From positions 1 to 62,183 of the forward strand of contig JAHDYR010000052.1 in assembly GCA_019828565.1 (NCBI GenBank): a stretch of 62,183 bases of DNA, given 5' to 3'. Below, piece by piece: positions 11,603 to 23,294 of the stretch (its first letter is position 1; every line of letters starts with the position of its first letter). Under the pieces are notes generated by a model. It worked only from the letters and a program-made list of their open reading frames with translations. It had not been told where the DNA came from and searched no databases. This stretch comes from Carpediemonas membranifera BICM. Its lineage: Eukaryota > Protista > Fornicata. A program made the position numbers and the translations under genes.

Positions 11603-14600
11603 ATCAGGGAATCCGCTCAAAAAGAGTGGGACACGATTAGAGAGCTACTAACGGACTACTTGATGGAAGAGAAGGGCACCAGAACGCTACTACTGCGTCG
11701 CGCAGAAGATTTTTCAGGGAGATCGTTCGGAGCTAGCTCCAGAGCACGAAAAGAGGTGATACTGAATGCGAGGAGAGTGCTACGTGCCGCAGGGATCACC
11801 AACAACAGAGACGAGATCCTCCGTAACCCCAACGGAATCCTAGGGCTTCGAGACATCTTCTACGCAATGACAGAGGCCTTAGACCCGAGAGAGGACGAAG
11901 AACGGCGCCTAGCAGAGGCCAAGGAGAACGTCACCATCCAACCTGGGCACAGGGACATGAGCAAGTGGCCTTCCGACCACAAGATCGAAGAGGCCATCCT
12001 CCAACCGAGAGAACAGAGCAACATCGAGTGGGACAGTGAGAGAGACAGCATTGAGGGCAGAGAGACGGGCACATTCACGCTCACATCAGGGTATGGAGAT
12101 GAGAAAGCCGTCGAGGCCATCGCAGGAGAGGAGGTGTGGGACCCCACTAACCAGGGCCTGGTCACCAGGATCGCTATGGAGCAGGACGATGGCACCTACA
12201 AGGTCCTCATCGACATCAGAGATTGCAGAGCATGGCAGATCACCAGATTCATGGAGGAAGGCAGGGACATCCTCAGGTTGCAGGCCCCGGAGGCGCCGGC
12301 GGTCTGGCAGGCAGCTTGGTGCAAGACAGGAGTCAACACGGAGGGCAGAGGCGCAATAAGGGCACAAGGACAGGAGACGCCGCTCAGCAACAAGCTCGTC
12401 TTCTCTGACGTCAGGGCCAGGGTGATCAATGCCACCAGCCGCCGCCAAAAAGAGGGACAGGGAAGAAGAGTCAGACAACGAGAGCGGCGCACAGACCAGC
12501 CAAGAGGAAGACCCCAAACCCAAGGTCGTGTTGACACAAGCGGAAGGAGTGAGCGCCAGAAGGGGCCTTGGAGCCGAGCTTGATCAGCAGGAAGAAGAGA
12601 GCATACCCCGAGCATCAGAGGGAAGTGCATCAGCAGGGAGCCTACCGGAGGCATTGCAGAGTCAGGGTCAGAAGAAGCTCATCCTCGGTTCTATCGACTT
12701 CGAGTGTGGAGATCCTGGGAGTGAGAGGGCAGGGATCAGTGCGGTGCCGACAGAGGGGGGCTCGTGCTAGTGGACGTCGAGACGGGGGAGGTCGTTGGCC
12801 ATGGCCACGGCCTCTTCTATGAGCCCAACCTGCCGGCCAACAAGGTGGACCAGAGCAGATACGCGACGTGGGCAGTGACGGGGATTCCCGCAGCGACGTT
12901 CGTGGAAGTGGACACAGGGGAGGTGCCGATGGACTATCAGCAGCACTTCAGCAGATTTAGAGAGTGGGCCACGCGGCTCGCAGCCAAGCTGAGAGACAGA
13001 GAGACCAGGGAGAACTGGAAGCTAGTCCTTCATGCCAAGGGCGTCCACATGGAGAAGTTCCTCCCTGACGAACGAGGTCAACGGGCTCAACAGGGACACC
13101 AGGGACTTCTTTAGAATGAGGCTGGTGGACGATAGCGAGCTGGCCGACGCCATCGAGGAGCTCGCCCCGGATAAGGCAAGAGAGTACAGGGCAAACTACG
13201 AGATCAAGAACTACAGGGAGATGGCAGATATATGGGCCAGCCAATGGCAGCGCAGGGAGCTCCCGAAGGGGGCCTGTCCGTACCACAGGCACACTGCAGG
13301 GTGCTACCATTGTGCGCTGGCAGATGCAACGTTGTTCGCGGCGAAGGTGTGGGGCATGATGCTGAAGAAGATGAGCACGCCGGATCTGGAGAGTGCGATG
13401 GGTAACGCTTTCAACAGCATGTATGACACGGTCAGGGACGCAGGGATCAGAGACGACCTCTGCGGAGGCAACGGAGTAGCGTACAGGCGTGAGACCTTCA
13501 ACATCTTCGGAGGGCACCCGTACGGCAACAGCAGGGACCTAAGCAGGGAAGAGGGCGACCGCATCCTAGTGGTCCCGGACAACGATCACTGCTATGGGAT
13601 CGGCTTCGGATTCAGCGAGGTCATTAAGGGTATGAAGGGCATTCTATTGGCCCCAACCACGGTCATGGAGAGAGGAGTCACCACGAGAGTCCCCATATGG
13701 TCGATCCATGAGAACACGACCCACATTCAGAGACTGATGTTGCAGGGAAGAGCTGGCAGGGCAGTTACTAGGGACGAGGACATCGTCACCATCGCGATGG
13801 TCTACAGCTGGTGGCCCTCAAGGGAGGATACTGCTCATCAGGGTCAGCCGGGAGTCCACGACCTGGCAGAGAGCGTCAGACGCGAGGAGAAAGCCATAGC
13901 GAACGTCAGGGCACCCCCAGGGTATAGCGCAACCATCAGAGCGGCCTTCATCCCGAGAGACTGGGGGCTGTATCAGGGTCAGAGAGGTAGGGACGACACT
14001 GGGACGGATGAAGAAGGTGGGGACCCGTATGGTGTCCACGACCATCCCGCCAGAGGATAACTGCAAGATCACCCAGAGGCCGACGGTTAAGTACATCCCG
14101 TCAAGAGATGGAAAGGAGGAGAGACCCTACACGGTCGATTACTCGGACATGGGCATAGAGGGATCTATCAGACGGCTCACCGAGATGATTGGCACGCCGG
14201 TCGGGCCAGTAGGCCGAGATGACCTCTATACCAACAACCGCCGAGCCGACGGAACCCTCAGAGACGAGAGAGAGCCCAGAAACAACGGCGTCCATCGGTG
14301 CGACAGAGAGCGCAGGGACGTCAGGCCTCATCATGAGGACAGAGAGCGCAGGGACGACGGGCCTCGCCATGAGGACAGAGAGCGCAGGGACGTCAGGCCT
14401 CACCATGAGGACAGGGAGCGCAGAGAGGTCAGGCCTCACCACGAGGACAGAGAGCGCAGGGACGATCAGGGCAGAGACTCCGGAGAGAGCAGACGCCGCT
14501 CACCCCCTCATGGGACCGGCAAGAGGAGTGGCAAGGACAGGGCGGTGAGCTACACAGGGGCTGGAAAGAGGGGCAAGCTCGACGGCGACGCCCGTTACGA

Positions 14601-14970
14601 GGCTGGAAGCAGACAGTCGAGTGACAGCGACGCGGAGAGGGACGAACTCAGGAAGGAACTTGATGAAGCCAAGAAGCTGATTCTCGCACTCAGGGCCAGG
14701 GACAGCAGGGAGGAGGAGCAGGCGACGCCAACCCCAGCACCGGCTGACACCCAGGGAAACCAGGGTACCGGCAAGGAGCACAGGGTAGTCCGCCACAAGA
14801 AGAGGACTCGGACAAAGAGGTCTCGCAAGCCGAGACAGCTAAACCAGATGGAGCTAGTGGCCCAGATCGTGTCAACGGTGATGAAGACCATGCAGCAACA
14901 ACAGGGGATGGCAACCGAGAACCAGAGCGATGATGGCAGTGACAGTGGCAACTCAACGGAGACCGATTAA
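11603..14970 (+). pseudogene. LINE-A ORF1 (~1100 aa, frameshifted) with DEDDh/Maelstrom-like exonuclease domain (12681-13340) and predicted C-terminal coiled coil
   Basis: Pieces 11549..12583, 12429..12770, 12764..13114, 13032..14060 and 14008..14970 are collinear with LINE-B ORF1. Motifs IDFE, PTEGG, HAKGVHME, CPYH, HCALAD. Confidence 0.75.
14302..14463 (+). repeat. 36-bp coding tandem repeat x4.5 (DRERRDVRPHHE)
   Basis: gacagagagcgcagggacgtcaggcctcaYcaYgag units. Confidence 0.9.
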
Positions 14971-15288
14971 GCAGGGTAAAGTGGTATTCTTTGAGAGTGA
15001 TAGTGACAGTTGTCAGTTCTTTTCTTTTAATCCAACCCTGGCTCCCACCCAGGGTCCGGCATTAGCTGAAATGCACTGCCGGTGGGCTGTGGCGGCAGCC
15101 AAAGGGGGGGTCACGCCAATGCGCCCCCTCCTAAGTATCCCTGCCCGAAGGTAAGGATGGTCACCAGGGTAACCCATAGTTGGCCCGCCATGGGTAACCG
15201 GAGCCGGCACGAAGGCCCCGTGACGGGACAAGGGCAGATTGCAGGGAATTTCCGAAAATTCGCAGGATAGGAAAGACGGAGTACAAGA
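14971..15288 (+). promoter_or_regulatory. Conserved, structured inter-ORF region of LINE-A (IRES or promoter candidate)
   Basis: Core nearly identical to LINE-B 58727-59060 although the upstream ORF1 tail diverges. Stems CCCTGG/CCAGGG, CCGGCA/TGCCGG, GGCTG/CAGCC. Confidence 0.5.
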
Positions 15289-18200
15289 ATGGAAACGATC
15301 AAGATAGCGAGCCTGAACACTGAGGGACACATCGGGAAGGGAAAGGACTTCACGGCCTCAATGGCAACGGCTATAAGGATGAAACTGAGCGACACAGATG
15401 CAGTATGCATCCAAGAAACGTGGAGGACGGCGAATACGAGGGTACACAACTTCATAGACTTCGACTACGCAATGGCAGGGAAGGAAACAGAGGAGGAGCT
15501 AGCTATGGACAACGAGAGGAGGAAGAAAGAAGCCCAAAGCCAGCGCCGAATAGATGCCCAGCTGGGCATAGCAGGGAGCAGTAGCCGGACGCCCAGGACG
15601 AGGGGTACTAGAGAAGGAGTGGGCACAATCATCAACCCAAGAGCAAGAGGGAGCTGGGACGCAGGCATCACAGATAGCTTATCAGGGAGGATACAGGTGA
15701 GCATACTCAGAACCCATAGGGACATCCTGGTGATCAACGTGTATGGCCCACCGGTCGGCCACGGAAGGGAGGAGAAGGACGAGTTCAGGGAATACGGAGC
15801 ATTATGGAGATGAAAGGAGAGATGGAAACAATCATCATAGGGGACTGGAACCTCGACCCCAAAAGGATAGCCACAATGGCAAGATGGAAGGACCTGATCA
15901 GGGACTATAAGCTGGGAGCAGTGATCCCCATGGAAGGTACCCTCACCAAGGGAACTACCACTCCGGACTTCGCGCTGGTATCATCAGGGATCAGAGGAGC
16001 AAGGATAGAAGTACTGGATGCTAGTCGACTCGGAGTCTGGGGGTCAGCCCACAACATGATAAGACTGGAATGGAGGGAACAACGGATCCAACGGACTAAA
16101 AAGAGAGAGGAAGTCCTAGACATACCGGGCGTCAGAGTGTGGAACATGAGGAAGAAGGCTGAACGCACATCAGTCAGAAGACTGCACCGTTTTAAGAGCC
16201 TGGATGAGTGGGAGGAGGATATCAGGGAAGGATATGGGCGAGCCGTCAGGTCACCCAGGCAGTGGAGACAGGGAAGAGGTCATCAAAGAAAAGGTGTGGT
16301 CGGAACTCCGGCACACACCATGGACAGAAGAGGGAAACAAGACCAGAAGTGAGATCATGAAGCGTGAGCTACAGGCCTTCTGGGGAAAACGCAGGGAAGA
16401 GTGGATCCAGGACCTCAGCCGGAGCGCGAAGGAAGGATACAAAGCATCCAGGTCCATGGTGGAAGCAGCGGTAAGAAGATGGTGGTGTGAAAACCAGTTC
16501 AAGGGCATGCCAGAGAGCATACTGAAGGACGGGAAGATTACCACCAACAAGGAAGAAATAGGTAAGATCCTCCTACAACAGTATGCAGGAGTGAGCAGGG
16601 GCAGGGAACCGGAGTGGAAGGATAGAGGCAATGGAAAGAGGGAGGACGAATTTAAGGAGAGAGAAATACGAGAAGCGATCAGAAGGACAAAGAGGACACT
16701 GCACCGGGACCGGACCACACTACAGGGGACATGCTCAGGGACACAGATGACCAGGGGATCGCTCAGATAACTAGGCTCATGAACAGGGTATACAGGGAGG
16801 GCAAGATCCCGACAACATGGAAGTATGCTACAGTCTCGGCCATCCACAAGACAGGGAAGCCCAGAGTGAAGCCGGAGTCGTACAGACCCATCTCGCTAAC
16901 ACCACTACTGTATAGGGTGTATGGTAGGCTCCTGAAGAGAAGATTAGAAGCAGCCACATGGCACCTCATCCCAAGAGAGCAAGCAGGGTTCCAATCGGAT
17001 AAGGACGTAATACAACAGATACAATACATCGTGCAGAGACACCAGGAAGGGGGGGAGACCACGTCGATCTTCCTAGACATAGAGAAAGCCTATGACACCG
17101 TCCCGAGGGACATCCTCATGGATAAGCTGCAGGGAATGGGGGTCGAAGACCACCCTCATCAGGGCAATACAGAGTACACTAGAAGAGACATGGATCTCGG
17201 TGAAGGGGGCAGGGTCATGGGAGAGAACAAACAGGGGAGTGAAGCAAGGATGTGTCCTAGCGCCGACCCTGTTCGTTCTGTTCATGGCAAACTGGCCTCA
17301 CCTGGTCAGGAAGAAGCATCAGGGACAAGAGTACGATATCAGGGAACCACCAACGGAGTTACCAAGAGTCCGGGACACGCTGCCGGCCACCCTAACCATG
17401 TTCGTGGACGATACAGCGGTCACAGGGGAGACACCGGAAAAGAGCAAGATAGTGGCGAACCTAGTCATAGAAGTTATCAAGGAGCACCTCATGAGGGCAA
17501 ATGCACAAAAGAGTGAGATGATCAGTGTAGACAGGGCAGCAGTGGCGAGAGTGGGGGAGTTACCCTAATGGCAAAAGAGGAAGCTAAGTACCTAGGTCTC
17601 TGGATAGCCAGCGGAAAAGACCCACTGGCAGCCTGTATCAGAAAGAAGCGGGAGCAGAGCGAAAGGTACAAGAAGCTAGTGAGAAGAGTGGGATGGACCA
17701 GAGGCAACATGCCGGCACTAGCCAGCAGGCTCCTCCTCGAAGTTTACATATGGCCGAGGATAATGTTTGGAGTGGAGGTGTGGGGCTACGCAGCAGGGGG
17801 GAACAAGATATGGACGGATTGGCAGGGCATCATGGCCGGAACAGGCCCAGGTGGGGGGCTCGGTCATGCGCATCTTGAACGGATGGATGGACCTGCAAGC
17901 CCACCTGGAGATGCTAGCAGTCAAGAGGATCGTGACAAGCAGGGGCCAGGATATACCAATCAGAGACAGGGTCTGGAAGGAGGGATCGATTATGTGGAAA
18001 GCCAGGGACTCAGTGAACGCACTCCTCAGAGGAACAAGAGAGGGAGCAACGAATGCAGGGAAGATAGACTTTGGTAGGGAGATGGTAAGAATGAACTGGA
18101 CCAGGAGGTGCAAGAGCAAGACAGCGGTGGGGCTCATGGAAGTCCTAGGACCCAAACGTATGGGAAAGTGCATGGCGGGGAAACCGGCCATAAGTAGGAA

Positions 18201-18735
18201 GACAGGGAAGTGGCAGTCAAGGGCAGAGTGGAAAAGGATAGTGTCGGTGGCAGCGAATGTCAGCCCGTCTCCATCATCAGCGGAAAGGGGAGAAGGCCCA
18301 GAGCGAGCGCTGGCGGACCTGGCGATGGGTGAGGAACTCAAACACAAGATACAAAGGAGGTGCCCCCTGTGCGCAAAGGAGAGCGAGATAGAGTTACTGT
18401 GGCAAATAGCGAGAGAGCAGCCAAACCAAGCCAGGAAGCAGGCACTAATCAGGGGAGTGGGTAAGGGGTCAGCCGCTGGGATCGGCGGCCCACATTATGT
18501 GTGAGTGCCCAGAGGTTGAAAGAGGAGATGACTGGGAAAGATATGGAAGACAGCTAAGGAGAGGACCAGGGAATTGCAAGTCAGAAGAGGCCCGAATGGG
18601 AGGTGGTATGAGAAGAGGCCAATCTTAGAGGTGCAACAACTAGTGTTAACAGGGTCGGAAGAGATATGGGAAGGACTGCGAGCTGGGCTGAGAGCCCTGG
18701 CAAAGGTCTATGATAGCTATAGAATAGATGGATAG
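15289..18735 (+). pseudogene. LINE-A ORF2: AP endonuclease + reverse transcriptase + split CCHC, frameshifted
   Basis: KIASLN, CIQET, INVYGP, GDWN, PDF, SAH; SYRPISLT, QAGF, LDIEKAYDTV, GVKQGCVLAPTLF, FVDD, KYLG; CPLC..HIMCEC; stop at 18733-18735. Confidence 0.92.
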
Positions 18736-19512
18736 ATAAGGAACACCACATCCAGAAAGGGGGCAGGGAAGCATAGACTCTGGGATCAAGGGGAGACCCC
18801 CATGTTTCCCAGGGAGAGGGCAGGGCCAGGGACAGAGGAAATCCATCAATTGGATGGTTGCACCACTCGCGGTGAACCTAAGGAAACTGCAGGGACTGAG
18901 CATGGGATACGGGGGGACATGACGTCCCCGCCGCCCTTGTGAACGATAGAGGGACGCTGGGAAGTGTAGCACAAGAGAACTATCATAAGGGGTACTAGGC
19001 CTTGCAGATCTAGAGTCTGTGTTAGCCCTAGCCCACGCCGCCTAACAGGGGGTAGATGAGAGGGACTTAGTTGCTTTCCCCGCCCACGGGTAGGCCACTT
19101 AACAGGGTCGTGGGGGCACTGAACAGGGAATCTGGAAAGAGGAGAGGGTGCCATGCTTGAACGACCCCGTAGGGACTGCAGGGAATCAGGGAGTGCTATA
19201 GAGAAGGTCTTGCAGGACAAACCTGCCTGTGGAAGCACCGAGGACAGACCCCCAGGCTCCCTGGAAGCTGCCGGGTTTACAGGGAGACAGGAAAGCGCTC
19301 AGCGCACGGAGATGGCGAAGGCCTATGGGGGGAAGTGAAATCGGGAGTGAGCGGAAGCAGTAGCACCGAATCGCTCGTTGGACGCAGCTGACAAGTCCAA
19401 TCGCAGGGAGGAGGCAGCGCCCCGGGGAACTCGGCTCCAGTAATAAGGGAGATCAGCCTAAGTAACCGGGGCCCGATACCAGGCACCATAAATTTTCTTT
19501 CTTCTTTCTTTC

Positions 19513-19647
19513 CAAGCTGAGCGCAGCTGACAGCTCAGTGGAGGGTGGCGGCCGTGCCCCGGAGCACTCAGCTCCAGGATAATGGGAAAGCAAGCTCAGT
19601 CCGGGGCCTGATACCAGGCAAACGTAAATTTCTTTCTTTCTTCTTTC
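19513..19647 (+). mobile_element. 135-bp 3' end of a fourth related LINE (family D) with its own (TTTC)n tail
   Basis: Homologous to but distinct from the A and B 3' ends (CCCCGG..CCGGGG, GATACCAGGCA, TAAATTT(CTTT)n). Confidence 0.8.
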
Positions 19648-20394
19648 GACAATCTGTCCGGCGGTCATCATGACCCGTTGAAAGTGGTAGGGTGCCGCGC
19701 TCCATCCAAACGGCAGGACGTTGAAGCAGTAGGGGCGCCCGTCTACCACAAAGCCCAGGAGTGTCCGGTCCTGCGGTCGGATGCCCAGCTGATAGTACCC
19801 CTTCGTCAGGTCGATGCGCGTCATGTAGTCGTTCTCTCTCATCTGGCAGATGGCTTGCCTGACGCCTCGAAGCCGGAACGACCTTCTCTCGAGCGACACT
19901 GCATTGAGTGACCTCAGATCGTGAATGAGGCGCGTCTCTACAGGTGTCTTCGGCACGGTGAAGATTGGCGAGATGAGACTCGGTGCCCGGCACGGGCTGG
20001 CCGCTCCCAAGGCGAGCAGCGTCCTTAGATGATCTCGGAAGGCCTTTCGATCCCTCGGCCGCGGTGAAGGAAGGCTGGGGTGCCTCGGCCGCGCACTCAC
20101 CGAGATGGGGATACCCTCTCGTAGCCACGAGACCACCTCGGATGGCGCGTGTAAGCGCTCCCAAAGGGTCCAGCGGCTGTTGATGCACGGGAAGGGTCTC
20201 ATCTTCGGGCACTGGAGGGGGGGTTGGTGGATGGTGGGCTGAGGGTGGTCGTGAGGAGAGCGGTCGTGAGGAGGGTGACCGTGAGGAGGGTGATCGTGAG
20301 GAGAGTGAACGTGATGATGATGATGATGGTTTGAACTTATGAGCGGTTGTTGCCGGGGCGCTTCGGGCCCTGGCCGCCTCGCTTTCGAAAATCC
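19648..20394 (-). pseudogene. DIRS-type reverse transcriptase, truncated, with His/Pro-rich leader
   Basis: ORF 19453..20202. The frame stays open upstream through HHHHHHVHSPHDHPPH into the gag overlap. Confidence 0.8.
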
Positions 20395-20840
20395 TTGCCT
20401 GGCTTCTCCGTAAGGCGGGGGTTCTTCGAGAGCGTCCGGAGGACCAGGGTCTCGATCTCCGACTCGGTCATCTCTGGCTTCTCGGCCAGGGCGGCGCGAC
20501 CGGCGGTGCTGACCGACTGGCCGGCGAGGTAACCGTAGCGATCCTTCACCCAGAGCACCCGGTGACGGAGGTAGAGTCGGGCGAGGATGGCGAAACCGCT
20601 GAGGCGACGGAACTTGAATCCGCGGTACATCTCCTCAATAAACTCGGCCTCCTCCTTCATCGTGTTGGAAGCTGGCCGCTTCCAGTTGATGAGCGACTCG
20701 TCGGATAGCATCTTCACCATGGAGGAAAGGTTCGAAGTTGGTTGTGCGATCTTTGTGGTCTCTTCGAGTTGTTTCTTCAGTTGCTCGATTGCATCTTGCA
20801 TCTCCTTGATCGTGGCGGCGTTCTCAGATTCCTCAGGCAT
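20337..20840 (-). CDS. Putative gag-like ORF1 of the DIRS-like element (167 aa)
   Basis: ATG start, N-terminal coiled-coil-like stretch, basic C-terminus, directly upstream of the RT. Confidence 0.7.
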   Translation of the reverse strand: MPEESENAATIKEMQDAIEQLKKQLEETTKIAQPTSNLSSMVKMLSDESLINWKRPASNTMKEEAEFIEEMYRGFKFRRLSGFAILARLYLRHRVLWVKDRYGYLAGQSVSTAGRAALAEKPEMTESEIETLVLRTLSKNPRLTEKPGKDFRKRGGQGPKRPGNNRS

Positions 20841-20994
20841 TCTGATGACTTATTTCGCTTCTCCTTCGTTCTCTGGGTTCCTGATTTGATCTGGTCCTGA
20901 TTTGGCCTCAATCTGATGCGAATCAGAATGCCTCGACCGCTCAGCCGAAGATTGTCCACTACGCTGGCCTTGCCAAATTCGGCCATGGTATAAT

Positions 20995-23096
20995 AAGGCC
21001 AGTTCGTCAGGGCAATAACGCCGCTTTTGCTCGACATCATCAGTGGCGAAAGGTACACTGAGATCCTCTCCCATGCCCGGCTAGTTGCGCTACCGAAGGG
21101 GGCGGGCAACGTGCGCCCCATCGCCATGGGCGAGTGTCTACGCCGCGTGGCCGGGAAGGCTTTGGCCCGCGTGGTTGGCCTGCGCCTTGCCGCGGACGGG
21201 GTCTGCTCTGGCCAGTATGGACTGGGCGAGCCCTGTGGTCTTGACTGTATGGCTGACCTTCTGGCAGAGAGGTATGCAGCAGGCGACCAGGTATGTGCCG
21301 TCGACATGACTAACGCATATGGAACGGTGTCCAGGCAGCACCTCCGGGACGTCGCAGAGGCCTGGGTTCCCGCCCTGCTGCCGTACCTTGAGGTCATGTA
21401 CCGTCAGGGTCGTCTGATCACCCCTACAGGACTCGTCATTCCGTCCAGGGAAGGGGTACAGCAGGGGGATCCCATCTCTCCTGTCCTCTTCTCCCTGGCC
21501 ATGAAACCTGTGCTAGACCAGCTGCGGTCTGAATTCCCGGACTGCGACCTGGTTGCATACCAGGATGATGCATACCTTGTCGCCCCCCGCGACACACCAA
21601 GCACACGTATTGATGCCTTCTTTGCTCGATGCGCCGCACTGGCGAACGGCGTGGGTATGAAGGTCAACGCGGCCAAGTGTGTTGTCATCTCGAAGTTCGG
21701 GGTTTCGGGGAACATCCGGCGCGCTGTGTGCGGAAAGGCGGTCGGTGTCCCCATTGGGGATGCTGATGGCGAGGCTGCGGTCGTCGATGAAGTGTTCTGT
21801 GGCATGGAAGCGGCCATCGAAAGAATCGTTGCGATGGTGGAAGCAGTTGGTCCTGTTTCGGCCGGTGTTGCCATCAATATGCTGAGATCGTGTGTTTTGG
21901 CAATGCCTTCGGCAATCTATCGGTCTGTCTCTCCAGTTCCCCACCAATCCAGGACAATTCAGCTGGAAAGGAAAATCCTTCGAGCGATTGGCGACATCCT
22001 GCAGAAAATGGGCAGATTGCAAGTTCCTACGCAGCGTATTGCGCTTGATTACGATGATTTCGGTCTTCGTATGCCTTTGCCATCGCTCGTGTGGAAGTGT
22101 GCATTTTTGGGCACAACACACCAACTGCACACACTACGCCCCAACAGGACCGTCCCTCACCTTGACGAGTCGCTTTTCAAGCTCGATGGCAGCGCTGTAT
22201 GGCCTGAAAGTGTCGAGGCTCTCTATGAGATCGAGGCCATGAAGCCTCAGAAGAAGCTAACCAAATTCCATAGAGATGCATGGGTGCTTGAGTTCCGCCC
22301 CAATCAGCCTGCTGACTTCGAGTTATGCCCAGATGCCGCCGTTCAGGCTCTACCGGAGTCAGCTGGCCGCCCCGCCCCCGCTGCCGGAGCACTCCGCAAG
22401 GAGGCCTCCCTCACGCCCTTGGAGCTCGATCCGGCTCCACTGGGGTCCCTCTTTGTTCCCATTGTGCGGGCGCACCTCGACACGGCCCCATTCGAGGAGC
22501 TGCCTGAGGTCTGCCCGCTGTGCAACGCGCAAGCCATCACGTGGAAGCACGCCCTCTCGTGCCCCAACCAGACCGGAGGTGCCGACGATGCCCGCCATGA
22601 CCACATTCGGGACGTTGTACAGGCCGTTGTCAGTGACGATGACATATCTGGCCGTCCAATGGCTGACGTGAAGCCCGAGCGCTGGCTCACCCGGGCCCAC
22701 CCCAGGTTCCGGCAGGTGTCTGCCAGAGCGCCCACCCGCAAGAGGGCCGACCTCAAGGTCTCTGGTGAGCGTGACGTGGTTGGCAACGTGGTCCATGACG
22801 ACGTCTATGTCGATTTTTACTGTGGAGTCAACCCGCGCGCGGCTGAGCTGGAGAAGGCCAGGGAGTACCAGAACTGGGCTATTACATTTATCCCAGCCGC
22901 CACCACCGTCCTGGGTGAGACTGAGTCCCGCATCACCGAGTGCTGGGCCGTGAAGCTCTGTGAGGCGATCGCCCGCCCCCACCTGGTCCCCAGGGTCAAG
23001 CACCGCACCTTCCTCTCGGTCTGGGCAGACAACATCCGCGTCTGGTCGGACTATGTCTCCCAGTGCAAGGCCCGTTGGGCCGAGCACCACCAATAA
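20995..23096 (+). pseudogene. CRE-like unit 5, 5'-deleted (variant Y RT-RLE)
   Basis: ORF 21027..23096 matches the C-terminal part of 5692..9036. Confidence 0.9.
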
Positions 23097-23294
23097 TCTG
23101 CCCTCCCCACAAAATGCCGGAGTCGCGACTCGGCTGACTTGGCCACTCTAGGCTGCGTCGTCCCCGAGCCCCCCTGCGCCTCCCGCCCCATCGCCGCATC
23201 GCACAACGCATCCCCTGCCCCTGCGCGAGAGTGGTTACCCCAGGTTCCGCGGAGTCGCGTGTCGTTCAGACAACCTCAGGAAGTAAATTCGGCC

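Larger units (their letters stand above)
11603..19512 (+). mobile_element. APE-type LINE family A, 5'-truncated
   Basis: ORF1, APE-RT ORF2, ~775-nt 3'UTR ending CACCATAAATTT(TCTT)n. Starts mid-ORF1 relative to family B. No TSD found. Confidence 0.9.
19648..20994 (-). mobile_element. DIRS/Ngaro-like retrotransposon, 5' portion
   Basis: Gag-like ORF overlapping an RT with SPIFTVPK, RLIHDLRSLN, IDLTKGYYQ, FNVLPFG. Truncated before YxDD, so no recombinase is visible. Confidence 0.7.

Noticed and set aside
15289-18735. Numerous frameshifts as programmed recoding
   Set aside because: Many fall in homopolymers and are not at equivalent positions across families; sequencing error or decay is more likely.
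19153-19338. Small ORF in the 3'UTR similar between LINE-A and LINE-B
   Set aside because: Starts, frames and lengths differ; nucleotide-level structural conservation explains the similarity.
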